Source of the DNA: Candidatus Binatia bacterium
GTDB taxonomy: Bacteria > Acidobacteriota > Terriglobia > Terriglobales > Acidobacteriaceae
Direction of reading: 5' to 3'
DNA: 64,000 nt
NCBI GenBank assembly: GCA_035577905.1
Contig: DATKAP010000095.1
Span: 17,153-81,152, forward strand
Position numbers and translations under genes: made by a program. The notes beneath the pieces are model-generated. The model was not told where the DNA came from, searched no databases, and saw only the letters and a program-made list of their open reading frames with translations. Positions 9,386 through 19,400 of the stretch are shown one piece after another (the stretch's first letter is position 1; each line of letters starts with the position of its first letter).

Positions 9386-11160
9386 TGGAGCCGGAGTCGA
9401 ATGGGGAGAAGATGTTGGTGGAGAACGCCAACGCGCGCTCCCAGTCCCCTTGGATTCAGGGCTATTCGCCGCGAACGCTGTGGCGGTCGGTGTTCCGAGA
9501 GGATCGACTATTTCTGGTTCTCTCGGTGTTCATTGGAGTGTTTGCCGGGTTGGCAGTGGTGTGCTTTCGCTTCGCGATCGACTGGGCGCGACTTTACCTG
9601 CTGGGAACGGGGGTTGCTCTGACTCCGGCACGGATGTTGCTTGCGCCTGCACTGGCGGGGCTGCTTATTGCGGTGCTGGTGATTCATTTCTTCCCTGCCG
9701 CGCGCGGCAGCGGCGTCAATCAGACCAAAGCGGCTCTGTACATTTTCAATGGGAATATTCCATTCAAAACGGCGGTCGGGAAATTTATCACGTCCGCGCT
9801 CGCGATTGGCTCGGGACATTCGCTGGGACCAGAGGATCCGTCACTGCAGATCGGGGCGTGTATCGCGTCCGCCTTGGGGCGGGAGATGCGGTTGGAGCGG
9901 GACCGCATGCGGTTGATCGCGCCGGTGGGCGCGGCGGCAGGCCTGGCCGCGGCTTTCAATGCACCGATCTCGGCGGTGTTGTTCGTGATTGAAGAGGTGA
10001 TTGGGCGGTGGACAGCCGGGATTCTGGGATCCGTGGTTCTTTCGGCCGTATCGAGCGTGGTGGTGATGCGGTGGTTTCTGGGCTCTGAATCTCTGTTTCG
10101 TATTCCGGCAGTGGAATTGAAGCGGCCTGCGGAACTGATGGCATACGCCACACTCGGCGTGATCGGCGGACTCGCCTCGGTGGCGTTTGCGAGCGGCATC
10201 GCGTGGTTGCGTCCGATATGCAAGGCGCTTCCGCGGTGGACGCAATATCTTCAACCTGCGATTGCGGGACTGTTGATTGGAGTCATCGGAATGCTTGGCG
10301 CCCCACAAGTGATGGGAGCAGGCTATGAATATATCGATCAGGCGATGCACGGGCAGTTCACCTGGGAGTTTCTGGCGATTCTTGCGGGATTGAAGATTCT
10401 GGCTACGATGTTGTCGTTCGTCAGCGGAACTCCGGGCGGAATGTTCGCGCCGACGTTGTTTGTTGGCGCCATGCTTGGGGCAGCCGTGGGCGGCGCGCAG
10501 CACGCGCTGCTGCCGCATTTGACCGGCTCGGCGGGAACGTACGCGCTGGTGGGGATGGGAGTCTTGTTCGCGGGATTTCTGCGGGCACCCATGACGTCGG
10601 TATTCATGGTGCTCGAGGTGAGCGGAAATTACTCGATCATCGTGCCGGTTATCGTTGCCAATACATTCGCGTACGTAATCTCGCGCGCATTGCAGCCAAC
10701 CCCGATCTTCGACCTGCTCACACAGCAGGATGGGCTTCAATTGCCTTCCATGGAAGAACAGCGGGAAGAGAATATTCTGCGCGTGGAAGATGCAATGCAA
10801 CCGGTCGAGGGGCCGGTACTGGATGCCGAGAAAACGCTCGAGGATGCGGTGAAGATGCTGGATCATTCGGAGATCGAGCAACTGCTGGTGCGCTTGAGTC
10901 CGGTGGGATGGGGGAGTGTGAGCAAGCAGCAACTGCTCACGATGGCGAGCCAGGGGAACGGGGCGACAACGCTGGGAGCGCTGTTGCCGATCGCGCCGGT
11001 GCCGTATCTGCATCCCGATCATCCGCTGGAAACTGCGTTGCGGCATGTGGACCGGTGGCCGTTGGTGCCGGTGGTGAACCGCGCGGACTTTCGGAAGTTG
11101 GAAGGTGTGGTGACGCAGCGGGATGTGCTGGAGCGGTACCGGGAGTTTGGCGAGGGATAA
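9385..11160 (+). CDS. ClC family chloride channel with C-terminal CBS-like domain (second paralogue)
   Basis: ATG 9385 sits in a TAATG overlap with the upstream gene. Motifs GSGVNQ, GSGHSLGPEDPSLQIG and GTPGGMFAPTLFVGA. Confidence 0.9.
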   Translation: MEPESNGEKMLVENANARSQSPWIQGYSPRTLWRSVFREDRLFLVLSVFIGVFAGLAVVCFRFAIDWARLYLLGTGVALTPARMLLAPALAGLLIAVLVIHFFPAARGSGVNQTKAALYIFNGNIPFKTAVGKFITSALAIGSGHSLGPEDPSLQIGACIASALGREMRLERDRMRLIAPVGAAAGLAAAFNAPISAVLFVIEEVIGRWTAGILGSVVLSAVSSVVVMRWFLGSESLFRIPAVELKRPAELMAYATLGVIGGLASVAFASGIAWLRPICKALPRWTQYLQPAIAGLLIGVIGMLGAPQVMGAGYEYIDQAMHGQFTWEFLAILAGLKILATMLSFVSGTPGGMFAPTLFVGAMLGAAVGGAQHALLPHLTGSAGTYALVGMGVLFAGFLRAPMTSVFMVLEVSGNYSIIVPVIVANTFAYVISRALQPTPIFDLLTQQDGLQLPSMEEQREENILRVEDAMQPVEGPVLDAEKTLEDAVKMLDHSEIEQLLVRLSPVGWGSVSKQQLLTMASQGNGATTLGALLPIAPVPYLHPDHPLETALRHVDRWPLVPVVNRADFRKLEGVVTQRDVLERYREFGEG

Positions 11161-11306
11161 GGCTTGGAGAACAGCACGTCGGTGTTTGTGCAGTTCACAA
11201 CAACGTTATTGCTCAGTGATTAGCCCCACTTATTCATTAACCTTCACGGGTTTCTTCCCTTCGCTCAGGGCCCGCAGGTCTTCACTTTTTACGCGGCGTG
11301 CACGCG

Positions 11307-11354
11307 CCCTTCGCTTCGCTCGGGCGCGAGGCGGAAGAGGCGTCCACCCCTACA
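11307..11354 (+). repeat. Degenerate copy of the REP-like element (type A)
   Basis: CCCTTCGCTTCGCTCGGGCGCGAGGCGGAAGAGGCGTCCACCCCTACA. It shares CTTCGCTCGGG, GGCGTCC and the CCCCTACA tail with the copies at 20641, 22738 and 24643, but the left hairpin arm is decayed. Confidence 0.5.
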
Positions 11355-11613
11355 CGAGGCTTGATTGTTACTTCGGTGTGTTTTCTCTCTTGAAAAGCGA
11401 CACTGCAATTCAGTAAGCTCTTGCAAATCTCACGAAGGCATTCATACGGCAGATATGTTCATGAAGACCATGGCAGAGGGAAACCCACCTACGCTGGACA
11501 GGATGATCGGATGCGGACCACGCCTGTCCCTGCCGCGGCATGTACTGCCGAGCTGTTGTTGATGCCATCCATTCAACATTCTTCGTAAATACAACGCGAT
11601 CGTCATTTGGGTT

Positions 11614-14600
11614 ATGGGGGAAATGAGCATGCTGGGTTCTTGGAAGAGGTTCATCTTCAGTAGTGTCGCTGCACTGGCACTTGCTGCCGGCGCGGTTGGG
11701 CAAGGCGGAGCAACCGGGGCCATCGCCGGGACGGTACAGGATCCGAGCGGTGCTTTCATTGCCAATGCGAGTGTCCGCATCACCAATCAGGATACGAATG
11801 TAGTTGAGCGATCTGTGACGACCGGGCCTGACGGGGCGTTCACGGCGCCCTTGCTGCCGGTTGGAACATATGTCGTGAATATCACGGCTCAGGGGTTTGC
11901 TGAGGCGAAGATTTCCAACGTGGTAGTGCGTGTCACTGAGACTACGCGCATGACTACCAAGCTCAGCACACAATCGGTGCAGCAGAAGATCGAAGTGCAG
12001 GCGGAAGTGCAGATGGTCGACACCAGCGATGCGACTACCGGGCAGGCGATTGAAAGCACCACCATTCGCGCCTTGCCGCTGGCGACGCAAAACTTCCAGC
12101 AACTGCTCACGCTCTCGACCGGAGCGCAGGGCGAACTGAATGCGGCGTCACAACTGGGCCGCGGGCAGGTTCATATCTTTGTGAACGGGCAGCGGGAGGA
12201 TAACAACAACTATCTGATCGAGGGCATCAGCACCACCGACTATAACGTGGCGTCGCTGACCAACACTCCCCTGCCTAATCCGGATGTAGTGCAGGAATTC
12301 AAGGTGCAGACTTCGCTTTACGACGCGAGCCAGGGACGCAACGGTGGCGGCAACATCAACGCGATTCTCAAGACCGGCACCAACCAGTTTCACGGCGATG
12401 TGTATGAGTTCTTCCGCAATACCGTACTGGATGCAAACGAATATTTCCTGAAGGGAAGCGGATCGCCGCGTCCAGTGATCCAGCAGAACATTTTTGGCGG
12501 GAGCCTGGGTGGACCGGTGAGTCCGGGTGGCAAGCTTGGGTTCTTCTTCGTCAATTATCAGGGGACGCGGCAGCGCAGCGGAGAATCGCCGGGAACATTG
12601 ATCTCGACCTTCGTGCCATATATTCCGGCCTCGGATCGCGGAACGGACCTCACATCGATGGCGAACCTGGCGAACGACATGCAACTGTCGAGCGTTGGGC
12701 TCTCGCTGGATCCGGTGGCGGCTTCCCTGCTGGCGGTCAAGAGCGACCAGTTTGGGGCACCAGCGAATGGCTACCTGTTTCCCATGCCGAACGCTCCAGC
12801 GGGAACGGCGGCGGGAACTCCGCTGCAGTTCACGGTAAGCCGTCCGGGGAAGTTCGTTGATGATCAATTGACGGCAAACTGGGATCATGAATTCCGTGAC
12901 TCGCGCGATTCGATCGCGGCGCGGTTCTTCTTCTCTAATTCCCAGCAGGACATACCGTTCGGTGCTGGAGGGCTGCAGGCTTCGTTAGGCGCACCGGCCA
13001 GCGGAACGGATCTGAACTTTCCTTACACGCTGCCGGTGAATGACCGCGTTTTCATCGTGTCGGAAACGCATGTCTTCAATCCAAGGCTGGTAAACGACGT
13101 TCGGTTCGGGTTTGTGCACATCAACAACAGCGGCATCAATGTGAATCCGGTGACGGTCGACGACGTTGGTATCAATCGGCCGACGAGCAATCTCTCACAA
13201 TCCATTTACAAGTTCACGCTGCTGCAGTCGGGCTTCCAGTTTGGGCCGACGCCGCCGGCGAATCAGTACCAGACACAGAACAATTACAACTTCGTCGACA
13301 ATCTCAGTTGGGTGAAAGGCCAGCACACGTTCACTGTTGGTGGACTGTTCACGCGGGTGAATCTCGACAAACTCTTCCCGCAAGTGTTCAATGGACAACT
13401 GTTCTTCACGGGCACAACGAACAATCAAGTCCCGGCTACGGACTTCCAGAACATGCTGGGCGGCAATGTGCAGTTCAGCTTCGGCGGTGGAGGAGTCTAC
13501 AACCATAAATATCGCCAGAATGATTCCGCGGTCTTCATTCAGGATGACTGGAAGGCTACGAAGACCCTGACCGTAAACATGGGGCTGCGGACGGAGTTCC
13601 TGGGAGCATGGACCGATGGTGACTGCCACATCGGCAACATCGAATCGGACCTGACGAACTCGGGTACTTATCCGTTCATCTATCCCAAGTGCGTTAACAA
13701 ACTGGGAGTGAGCGGATTGACGGGCAATGCCGCCGGTTCGACCTTCAAGAATGGTGTTGCGACCGGATGGGGGCCGCGCTTTGGGTTCGCATGGGACGTT
13801 TTCGGGCGCCACAGCACGACGATGCGCGGCGGTTATGGCATTTATTACAACCGCGAAGACGTTGGGGCGGTCGACCAACTCAGCTTCCAGTCGCCGTTTA
13901 TCCCGATCGTGTTCTTTCCCGGCACAGGGCTGGCCAACTTCTTTGCCGGAGCTTCACCGCAGGACAACTCTAACGCGGTTCCTACGGCAGGAACGCTCTC
14001 CGGTGCCTGGATTCCTTGCTTAGCGAAGCTAGTCAGCTTCACTCCTGACAACCCGCTAGGGGACGGCAATTACCAGTGCACGGGTGGGCCTGGCGTGAAC
14101 TCTACGCAAAACCTCTTCGTGCTCGAAGTGCCGCGGCACTTCCAAGTCCCCAACACGCAGCAATGGAACCTGACCGTGCAGCAAGAGCTTGGGAAGAAGT
14201 GGGTGCTGGAACTGGGCTACGTGGGGACGCGGGGAATTCATCTGCGCGAAACGCGAGATGGCATCCAGTCGGTGAATGCGACGCCGGATCATCCATTCGC
14301 GGTCACCGACGTAAACGGGACACCCCACCAGATTACGGACAACACCTTCTCCAATGCGATCGCACGGACACCAACGCCTGGGCTGAATGGATACAGCGGG
14401 TATCAGATTTTCGCGAACGATGCGTACTCGATCTATCACTCGCTGCAGACGACGCTGTCGCGGCGGTGGGGGGCGAACTACTTGCAAGCTGCGTACACGT
14501 TCTCGAAGAACATCGACACAACCTCGAGTGGAAACACCGCGTTCAACACCGCTTACAACGATCAAAGCAACATCAATGCATCTCGCGGACTTTCGGATTT

Positions 14601-15243
14601 CGACCGGAAACATCGGCTGTCAGTCAGCTATGTCTACGAGTTGCCTTTCTTCGCGCATGCGAAGGGATTCGCTCATGCGGCACTGGGCGGGTGGTCGGTG
14701 AGCGGAGTTACGATATTCCAATCGGGAACACCGTTTTCTGTGCTTGATTCCGGAGCAGGCGATGCCTTCCTGGGACTGGGCAGCACACCGTTGCTGGGTG
14801 CGAGTCTGGCACCTGGCGCAACTGTCGGCGGCGGGATGACGAGCGGCAGCACTCACGAAAGGCTTGGCGGATATCTAGATCCGGCGGCATTTACGACTGC
14901 TCCCTTGCTATACCCGACCGCATGTGCCGCGGGTGACAGCAATCGCTGCACGACAGGATTTGGCGACCTGGGCCGGAACATATACCGCGGACCGTACGAA
15001 CAGAACTGGGACATTTCGCTGATCAAGTACTTCAAGATCAACGAGCGGAACGAAGTGCGATTCACGGCGGACTTCTTTAACGTCTGGAATCACGCGAACT
15101 TCGCGAACCCGGCAGTGACCGACTACGAGGCGTATCTTGCCTGGGTCAATGCCGGGAACACGGGGAATGGTCCGTTTGGTCAGATCGTGAACTCGACCGG
15201 CACGCCGCGGCTGATCCAGTTCTCGCTGCGCTGGGCTTTCTAG
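11614..15243 (+). CDS. TonB-dependent receptor with N-terminal carboxypeptidase-regulatory-like domain
   Basis: Signal peptide. CarboxypepD_reg-like motif GAIAGTVQDPSGAFIANASVRITN...GPDGAFTAPLLPVGTYVV. 1209 aa. C-terminal ...RLIQFSLRWAF has the terminal aromatic residue typical of OM barrels. The start could instead be ATG 11626. Confidence 0.9.
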   Translation: MGEMSMLGSWKRFIFSSVAALALAAGAVGQGGATGAIAGTVQDPSGAFIANASVRITNQDTNVVERSVTTGPDGAFTAPLLPVGTYVVNITAQGFAEAKISNVVVRVTETTRMTTKLSTQSVQQKIEVQAEVQMVDTSDATTGQAIESTTIRALPLATQNFQQLLTLSTGAQGELNAASQLGRGQVHIFVNGQREDNNNYLIEGISTTDYNVASLTNTPLPNPDVVQEFKVQTSLYDASQGRNGGGNINAILKTGTNQFHGDVYEFFRNTVLDANEYFLKGSGSPRPVIQQNIFGGSLGGPVSPGGKLGFFFVNYQGTRQRSGESPGTLISTFVPYIPASDRGTDLTSMANLANDMQLSSVGLSLDPVAASLLAVKSDQFGAPANGYLFPMPNAPAGTAAGTPLQFTVSRPGKFVDDQLTANWDHEFRDSRDSIAARFFFSNSQQDIPFGAGGLQASLGAPASGTDLNFPYTLPVNDRVFIVSETHVFNPRLVNDVRFGFVHINNSGINVNPVTVDDVGINRPTSNLSQSIYKFTLLQSGFQFGPTPPANQYQTQNNYNFVDNLSWVKGQHTFTVGGLFTRVNLDKLFPQVFNGQLFFTGTTNNQVPATDFQNMLGGNVQFSFGGGGVYNHKYRQNDSAVFIQDDWKATKTLTVNMGLRTEFLGAWTDGDCHIGNIESDLTNSGTYPFIYPKCVNKLGVSGLTGNAAGSTFKNGVATGWGPRFGFAWDVFGRHSTTMRGGYGIYYNREDVGAVDQLSFQSPFIPIVFFPGTGLANFFAGASPQDNSNAVPTAGTLSGAWIPCLAKLVSFTPDNPLGDGNYQCTGGPGVNSTQNLFVLEVPRHFQVPNTQQWNLTVQQELGKKWVLELGYVGTRGIHLRETRDGIQSVNATPDHPFAVTDVNGTPHQITDNTFSNAIARTPTPGLNGYSGYQIFANDAYSIYHSLQTTLSRRWGANYLQAAYTFSKNIDTTSSGNTAFNTAYNDQSNINASRGLSDFDRKHRLSVSYVYELPFFAHAKGFAHAALGGWSVSGVTIFQSGTPFSVLDSGAGDAFLGLGSTPLLGASLAPGATVGGGMTSGSTHERLGGYLDPAAFTTAPLLYPTACAAGDSNRCTTGFGDLGRNIYRGPYEQNWDISLIKYFKINERNEVRFTADFFNVWNHANFANPAVTDYEAYLAWVNAGNTGNGPFGQIVNSTGTPRLIQFSLRWAF

Positions 15244-15263
15244 CTGAGGGTGAAAGTGAAAAT

Positions 15264-15296
15264 CCCCACTTCTGGCAAATTCGGTCAGAAGTGGGG
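15264..15296 (+). terminator. CCCCAC...GTGGGG family hairpin downstream of the TonB-dependent receptor gene
   Basis: CCCCACTTCTG (15264-15274) pairs perfectly with CAGAAGTGGGG (15286-15296), 11 bp with an 11-nt loop. It lies between convergent genes. Confidence 0.55.
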
Positions 15297-15318
15297 CATC
15301 CTCTGAGATCCCTTAAGG

Positions 15319-17547
15319 TCAGTGATCGAGCATCCATACGTTGGCGCTGCTGCTGTGTACATGTAGAGCCAGCAATTTTCCGTCGCGGGAAGGGATCGCC
15401 CAGCTGACACCGACATTCTTCGGGCGCCACACGACGCGGGCGTTTCCCTGCAGGTCGATGCGTAACAACGCGTTCTCTTTCTCGCCGGCGGTTGGTGCCC
15501 AAATGCTTTTGCTATCCGCGGCCCAATCGATCGAAGAAATGCCCGGCCAACCTTGAACTGTCAGCCAGCGGTCGGGACCGCCGTCCAAAGACACAAGACG
15601 GATTCGTGGCTCCTCGTCGTTACCCCACTTGCCCTTGGCGATCGCCAGCGTGGTTCCGTCCGGCGACAGAGTCCAGTTATAGGCTTCAGCCAGTTCGTCC
15701 TTAACTTGAAGGAATTGCGTTTCCCCACCCTGCGATGCAGCAAACCGGAAAAAAGAGAGGCCGGCATGGCTGATCACGCTGTACACGCACACACTTGCGG
15801 GGTCCCGGGCGCATTGAAGATTGCTGATCCATTTGGCCTTGGCCAGTTCACGGGACGGGCCGCCAGCCAGGGGCATGCTCATCAGGCGCACTTCGTAATT
15901 CGAATCTATCCGCTTCGGACTTGATAGATATAGGATCTGTGTTCCATCCGGACTCAACCGGGGCTGCATCCAGTCCTGACTCCCCGACAGCAACATTTCG
16001 GGCAAGGTTTCATTGATGGCCTGCCTGTAAATGCCGAACACTCCAGTGCGATCGGAGGTGAAGATTACCGATTTGTTGTCGGCCGTCCAGTCGTAGGGAT
16101 AGTCTCGCCGGTCATCGAGCGTAAGCCGTTGAGGTTCGTCCATAGCACCGGAAGGCTGGAGTTTTGCAACATAGACATCCGGCTGTGGAACGCCTTTCAC
16201 ATAGGCCACGCGCTTGCCGTCGCTCGCCGCACTGACGGTGAAAATGTACCCTTGGTCATCAGTCAGGCGGATGGGTGCGCCGCTGGCTTTTCCATCGGCG
16301 TTCAGTCGAATTGACCAGAGATTCGAATCGTCCTGTCGCGGCCGTTGTTCCTCGAGCGTGTAAATCAAACGGCCGTCGGGAGCCCACAGCATGGGAGCGC
16401 TGAGCCCGGCTGCGGATAGAACGGTGCTGGCGCTGCGGCGCCCTCGGGCGAGACCAGGCTTGCTAACGTCAGCAACCGCGATCATCCCCTTGGTGCCATA
16501 CCCGTAAGTGTATCTCGCGGTCGTGTAAGCGATCTTCGTGCCTTCGGGCGACCAACTGATCGTGCCAATGAAGTTGCCATCTGCGCCCAGCAGTTCCCTT
16601 GGCGAATCTCCAGAGATTCCAGCGAGCCAAATCCGGCGATGCAGGAGTGGACCTGCGAGGAAGGCGATCTGCTTCCCGTCCGGAGACACCGCAGGCTGGG
16701 AGCCCTGATCGACAATTTTGCGCGCCGCTCCTCCGAGGACGGAAATGTCCCACAGACTGCTGACGCTCTTGGACCCCGCCAGCTCGACAATCATGTGATC
16801 GTTATCGGGTGCCCAACTGATCGCGAATGCCCACATACCTTCCGGTAACGTGATGGCGTGAGTTTCACCCGTCTGGATCTGGCGAAGATAGAACCCAGTG
16901 TCGTCGGAAAATGCAAGGTGGCGACCATCGGGGGAAATGGCGGCAGTGCGAACCGGATCGCCCACCGGGTTAGCCGTGAGGCGCACAGTTTCACCGAGAG
17001 ATGTGGAATGCGATGCAATGTGAAAGCCAATGCTCAGACCAATCAGAACCAGCACAATTCCGGAGACAAGCCCCGCAATCCACCAAAGGCGTGAGTGGCG
17101 GACGGGTGTCACAGTTGGAGCCGGAAGACGCTCCACTTCCATTGGCGCGGAGCCGTTGAGCGGAATGCCGGTCACGGGCGAGAGGAAGCGGTATCCCCGG
17201 CGGGCGATGGTTTCGACAAACACCGGGTTCTCTGCCGAATCTCCTAAGGCGTCACGCAGGCGCCGGATTGCGGCATTCAGGCCATGGTCGAAATCGACGT
17301 AGGTGTCGGCCGGCCAGAGACGGTTGCGCAACTCTTCCCGCGTGACTACCTGCCCTGGACGTTCGATCAGTTCAGCCAGAACCTGGAAGGGCTGCTCTTG
17401 CAGCTTGACCTTGGTCCCATTGCGGCGTAGTTCGCCGGCGCGCAGGTCCAGTTCGAAAACGCCAAAGCGCCTGGTCGAAGGCATACCGTCGCCATTTGTG
17501 TTCCCGCCGATGGGCGAGTTTAGTACTCTGGCGGCCTGATTCCCCAT
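15319..17547 (-). CDS. Winged-helix (OmpR/CadC-type) transcriptional regulator fused to a TM segment and a TolB-like beta-propeller
   Basis: N-terminal trans_reg_C pattern: FELDLRAGELRRNGTKVKLQEQPFQVLAELIERPGQVVTREELRNRLWP...ETIARRGYRF. TM helix WWIAGLVSGIVLVLIGLSIGF. Repeated TolB-type motifs SPDGRHLAF, SPDGKQIAF, SPEGTKIAY and SPDGTQILY. Confidence 0.85.
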   Translation of the reverse strand: MGNQAARVLNSPIGGNTNGDGMPSTRRFGVFELDLRAGELRRNGTKVKLQEQPFQVLAELIERPGQVVTREELRNRLWPADTYVDFDHGLNAAIRRLRDALGDSAENPVFVETIARRGYRFLSPVTGIPLNGSAPMEVERLPAPTVTPVRHSRLWWIAGLVSGIVLVLIGLSIGFHIASHSTSLGETVRLTANPVGDPVRTAAISPDGRHLAFSDDTGFYLRQIQTGETHAITLPEGMWAFAISWAPDNDHMIVELAGSKSVSSLWDISVLGGAARKIVDQGSQPAVSPDGKQIAFLAGPLLHRRIWLAGISGDSPRELLGADGNFIGTISWSPEGTKIAYTTARYTYGYGTKGMIAVADVSKPGLARGRRSASTVLSAAGLSAPMLWAPDGRLIYTLEEQRPRQDDSNLWSIRLNADGKASGAPIRLTDDQGYIFTVSAASDGKRVAYVKGVPQPDVYVAKLQPSGAMDEPQRLTLDDRRDYPYDWTADNKSVIFTSDRTGVFGIYRQAINETLPEMLLSGSQDWMQPRLSPDGTQILYLSSPKRIDSNYEVRLMSMPLAGGPSRELAKAKWISNLQCARDPASVCVYSVISHAGLSFFRFAASQGGETQFLQVKDELAEAYNWTLSPDGTTLAIAKGKWGNDEEPRIRLVSLDGGPDRWLTVQGWPGISSIDWAADSKSIWAPTAGEKENALLRIDLQGNARVVWRPKNVGVSWAIPSRDGKLLALHVHSSSANVWMLDH

Positions 17548-17680
17548 GTCACCCCACTTTGTAACTGTTTGACGCGCGGCGTCTTAGCTCGTCACCCACA
17601 TTTCACCCACGCGCGATGGCTACGGCCTTGAGGTTCGCGCCGCCCAGCCTCACTTTCAAGCAGATACGCGGGGTGGGAAC

Positions 17681-18310
17681 GTGGGGTTCAGAATTAAATC
17701 TTCACTGCGCTTGTTTGTTGTTGTCTTGATGATCAGAGGTCTGGGTTGGACGCAGGACTATGCTTCAAGCCGCATCACTGTATTCGTGAATGACTCTGTG
17801 GGCGTGAAACATTCGGTATTGAGGCATGCGGAGAAGGAGGCCGGGCGCTTGTTGCGTCCGGCGGGGATTGAAATCGAGTGGCGGAACTGCGCGGAAACCA
17901 GCGAGTGCCGCCGGCCTCCGCGGTCGAACGAGTTCGTACTCCACATTGTGGCAAAAGGGAGAGCTCGAAGCGATTTTGTCTTCGGCGAGGCCTTTCTGGG
18001 ACCGGATGGCAAAGGGAAATACGCGGATGTCTTTTTCGATCAACTGAGACGGGAGGCAAATAACGTTGACGTTGGACAATTGTTGGGAGCCGTCACGGCG
18101 CATGAATTGGGACACCTCTTTCTGGGCTCCCACTCGCATTCGCTGATGGGGATCATGCAACCTCTTTGGGGTGTGGAAAGCCTCCGCAGGATTTCGATGG
18201 GAAGCCTGACATTCGTGGCGGAGGAGGAGAGATCGATGAGAAGCCGGTTGCGGTCGGAGACAACGGCTGCTACTTCCCTCGGCGACGCTGCGGGGCTAGG
18301 GCTTCAATGA
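17681..18310 (+). CDS. Secreted hypothetical protein with HExxH zinc-peptidase-like motif
   Basis: GTG start, hydrophobic N-terminus, motif HELGHLFLGSHSHSLMGIM. Its 3' end overlaps the convergent cytochrome c gene by 15 nt. Confidence 0.55.
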   Translation: MGFRIKSSLRLFVVVLMIRGLGWTQDYASSRITVFVNDSVGVKHSVLRHAEKEAGRLLRPAGIEIEWRNCAETSECRRPPRSNEFVLHIVAKGRARSDFVFGEAFLGPDGKGKYADVFFDQLRREANNVDVGQLLGAVTAHELGHLFLGSHSHSLMGIMQPLWGVESLRRISMGSLTFVAEEERSMRSRLRSETTAATSLGDAAGLGLQ

Positions 18311-19264
18311 GGACAGAAACGACGCGATGGCGATCATGTCGTCGATGGTCAATTTGCCTACCTGGCGCCGCATTTGCAACGACGCGGGCCCCGATCGGGC
18401 GCCGGACTGAATGTCGAACATTTGCCGCACAATGTAGCTCGGCGAACGGCCCGCAATCGATGGAACATTCCCGGTCCCGCGGAGGCCGGGACCGTGACAC
18501 TTGGCGCACGGGACTGTCTTGCCGTTGCCGCCGGTGGTGACCAGCCACTTTCCCTGCTTGAGGCTGCCTTCGGGGACGTATGCGATGAATCCAGAGGTAT
18601 CGTCGCGCACTTCGGTGCGTTCCAAGTTTTCCGGTACTTCAACGATGCGCTGCCCGACTGCCTCGGTCGCGGACGAGGTGTCAGGTACCAGCATCCATCC
18701 CGAGATGTGCGTTTTCGGCACGGTGCTGGTTTCGATCACGCGAATCCATGGCTTGGGCGGAAGCTCGGAAAAGTATTTTGCGGCCGCGATGATCTCTTCG
18801 TGGGTCGCTTTCGTCTCGTGGGTGATCATGTTCGTAGTGGGCAGATGCCTGGGATCGGAACTCTTACGCGCGCCACTGCGGAAATCGGTAACCTGATGAA
18901 TCATGTAGCCGGCGGAAAGCCCCGCCAGACTTGCGTTCTCGGGCCGCCCGAGTCCGTTGGGGAGGTGACAATAGCCACACGCGAAAACGTCGGGCTTGCG
19001 ACCATGAGAGACAATTTCCGGCATTGCAGGATGATCCGCGGGATGCCAGTCGGGCACGCGGAAAAGATCTTGCGTCTCGGCGGTGGTAAAAGCTGCGCTG
19101 CTGTTGGGAACGTGGCGAGGAGTACTGTCGGGAGGCGCAGCAGGGTTGGGTGAGCTCGGGTTGATGACGTAGGCCCACGCCGGAGGGCTTGCGTCGAGGT
19201 TTACGGCGATGGCAGTAACCGCGAGGCTAGACAGCACCAACAACAACATCAGCGAGTGGCGCAT
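18296..19264 (-). CDS. Di-haem c-type cytochrome
   Basis: Signal peptide MRHSLMLLLVLSSLAVTAIA. Two CxxCH haem-binding motifs (CGYCH and CAKCH). Confidence 0.8.
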   Translation of the reverse strand: MRHSLMLLLVLSSLAVTAIAVNLDASPPAWAYVINPSSPNPAAPPDSTPRHVPNSSAAFTTAETQDLFRVPDWHPADHPAMPEIVSHGRKPDVFACGYCHLPNGLGRPENASLAGLSAGYMIHQVTDFRSGARKSSDPRHLPTTNMITHETKATHEEIIAAAKYFSELPPKPWIRVIETSTVPKTHISGWMLVPDTSSATEAVGQRIVEVPENLERTEVRDDTSGFIAYVPEGSLKQGKWLVTTGGNGKTVPCAKCHGPGLRGTGNVPSIAGRSPSYIVRQMFDIQSGARSGPASLQMRRQVGKLTIDDMIAIASFLSSLKP

Positions 19265-19400
19265 GCCAATACTCTAGCGGCATTGGGCGCGATTGGCCAA
19301 CCGTGCAGTTGTTGCTGCCAACGGGCAATTCCGGCCAAATGTTTGTGGCAGGAGTGCGGCAGGGCAGCACCATCGGGTGAAAGATCGCCGAAGGAAGTTG

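Noticed and set aside
9841-11046. Very long ORFs antisense to, or out of frame within, clearly recognisable genes. Examples: 9841..11046(-) 401 aa, 24840..26285(+) 481 aa, 30687..31721(-) 344 aa, 38343..39347(+) 334 aa, 45114..46097(+) 327 aa, 57905..58876(-) 323 aa, 32703..33620(+) 305 aa, 5914..6684(-), 47266..48057(-).
   Set aside because: Each lies within a gene whose product has strong family motifs (ClC, ClpC, SulP, S53 peptidase, aminotransferase, CRTAC1, DUF5916, Rsr). Their translations are Arg/Pro/Gly/His-rich low-complexity strings, typical of stop-poor alternative frames in high-GC DNA.
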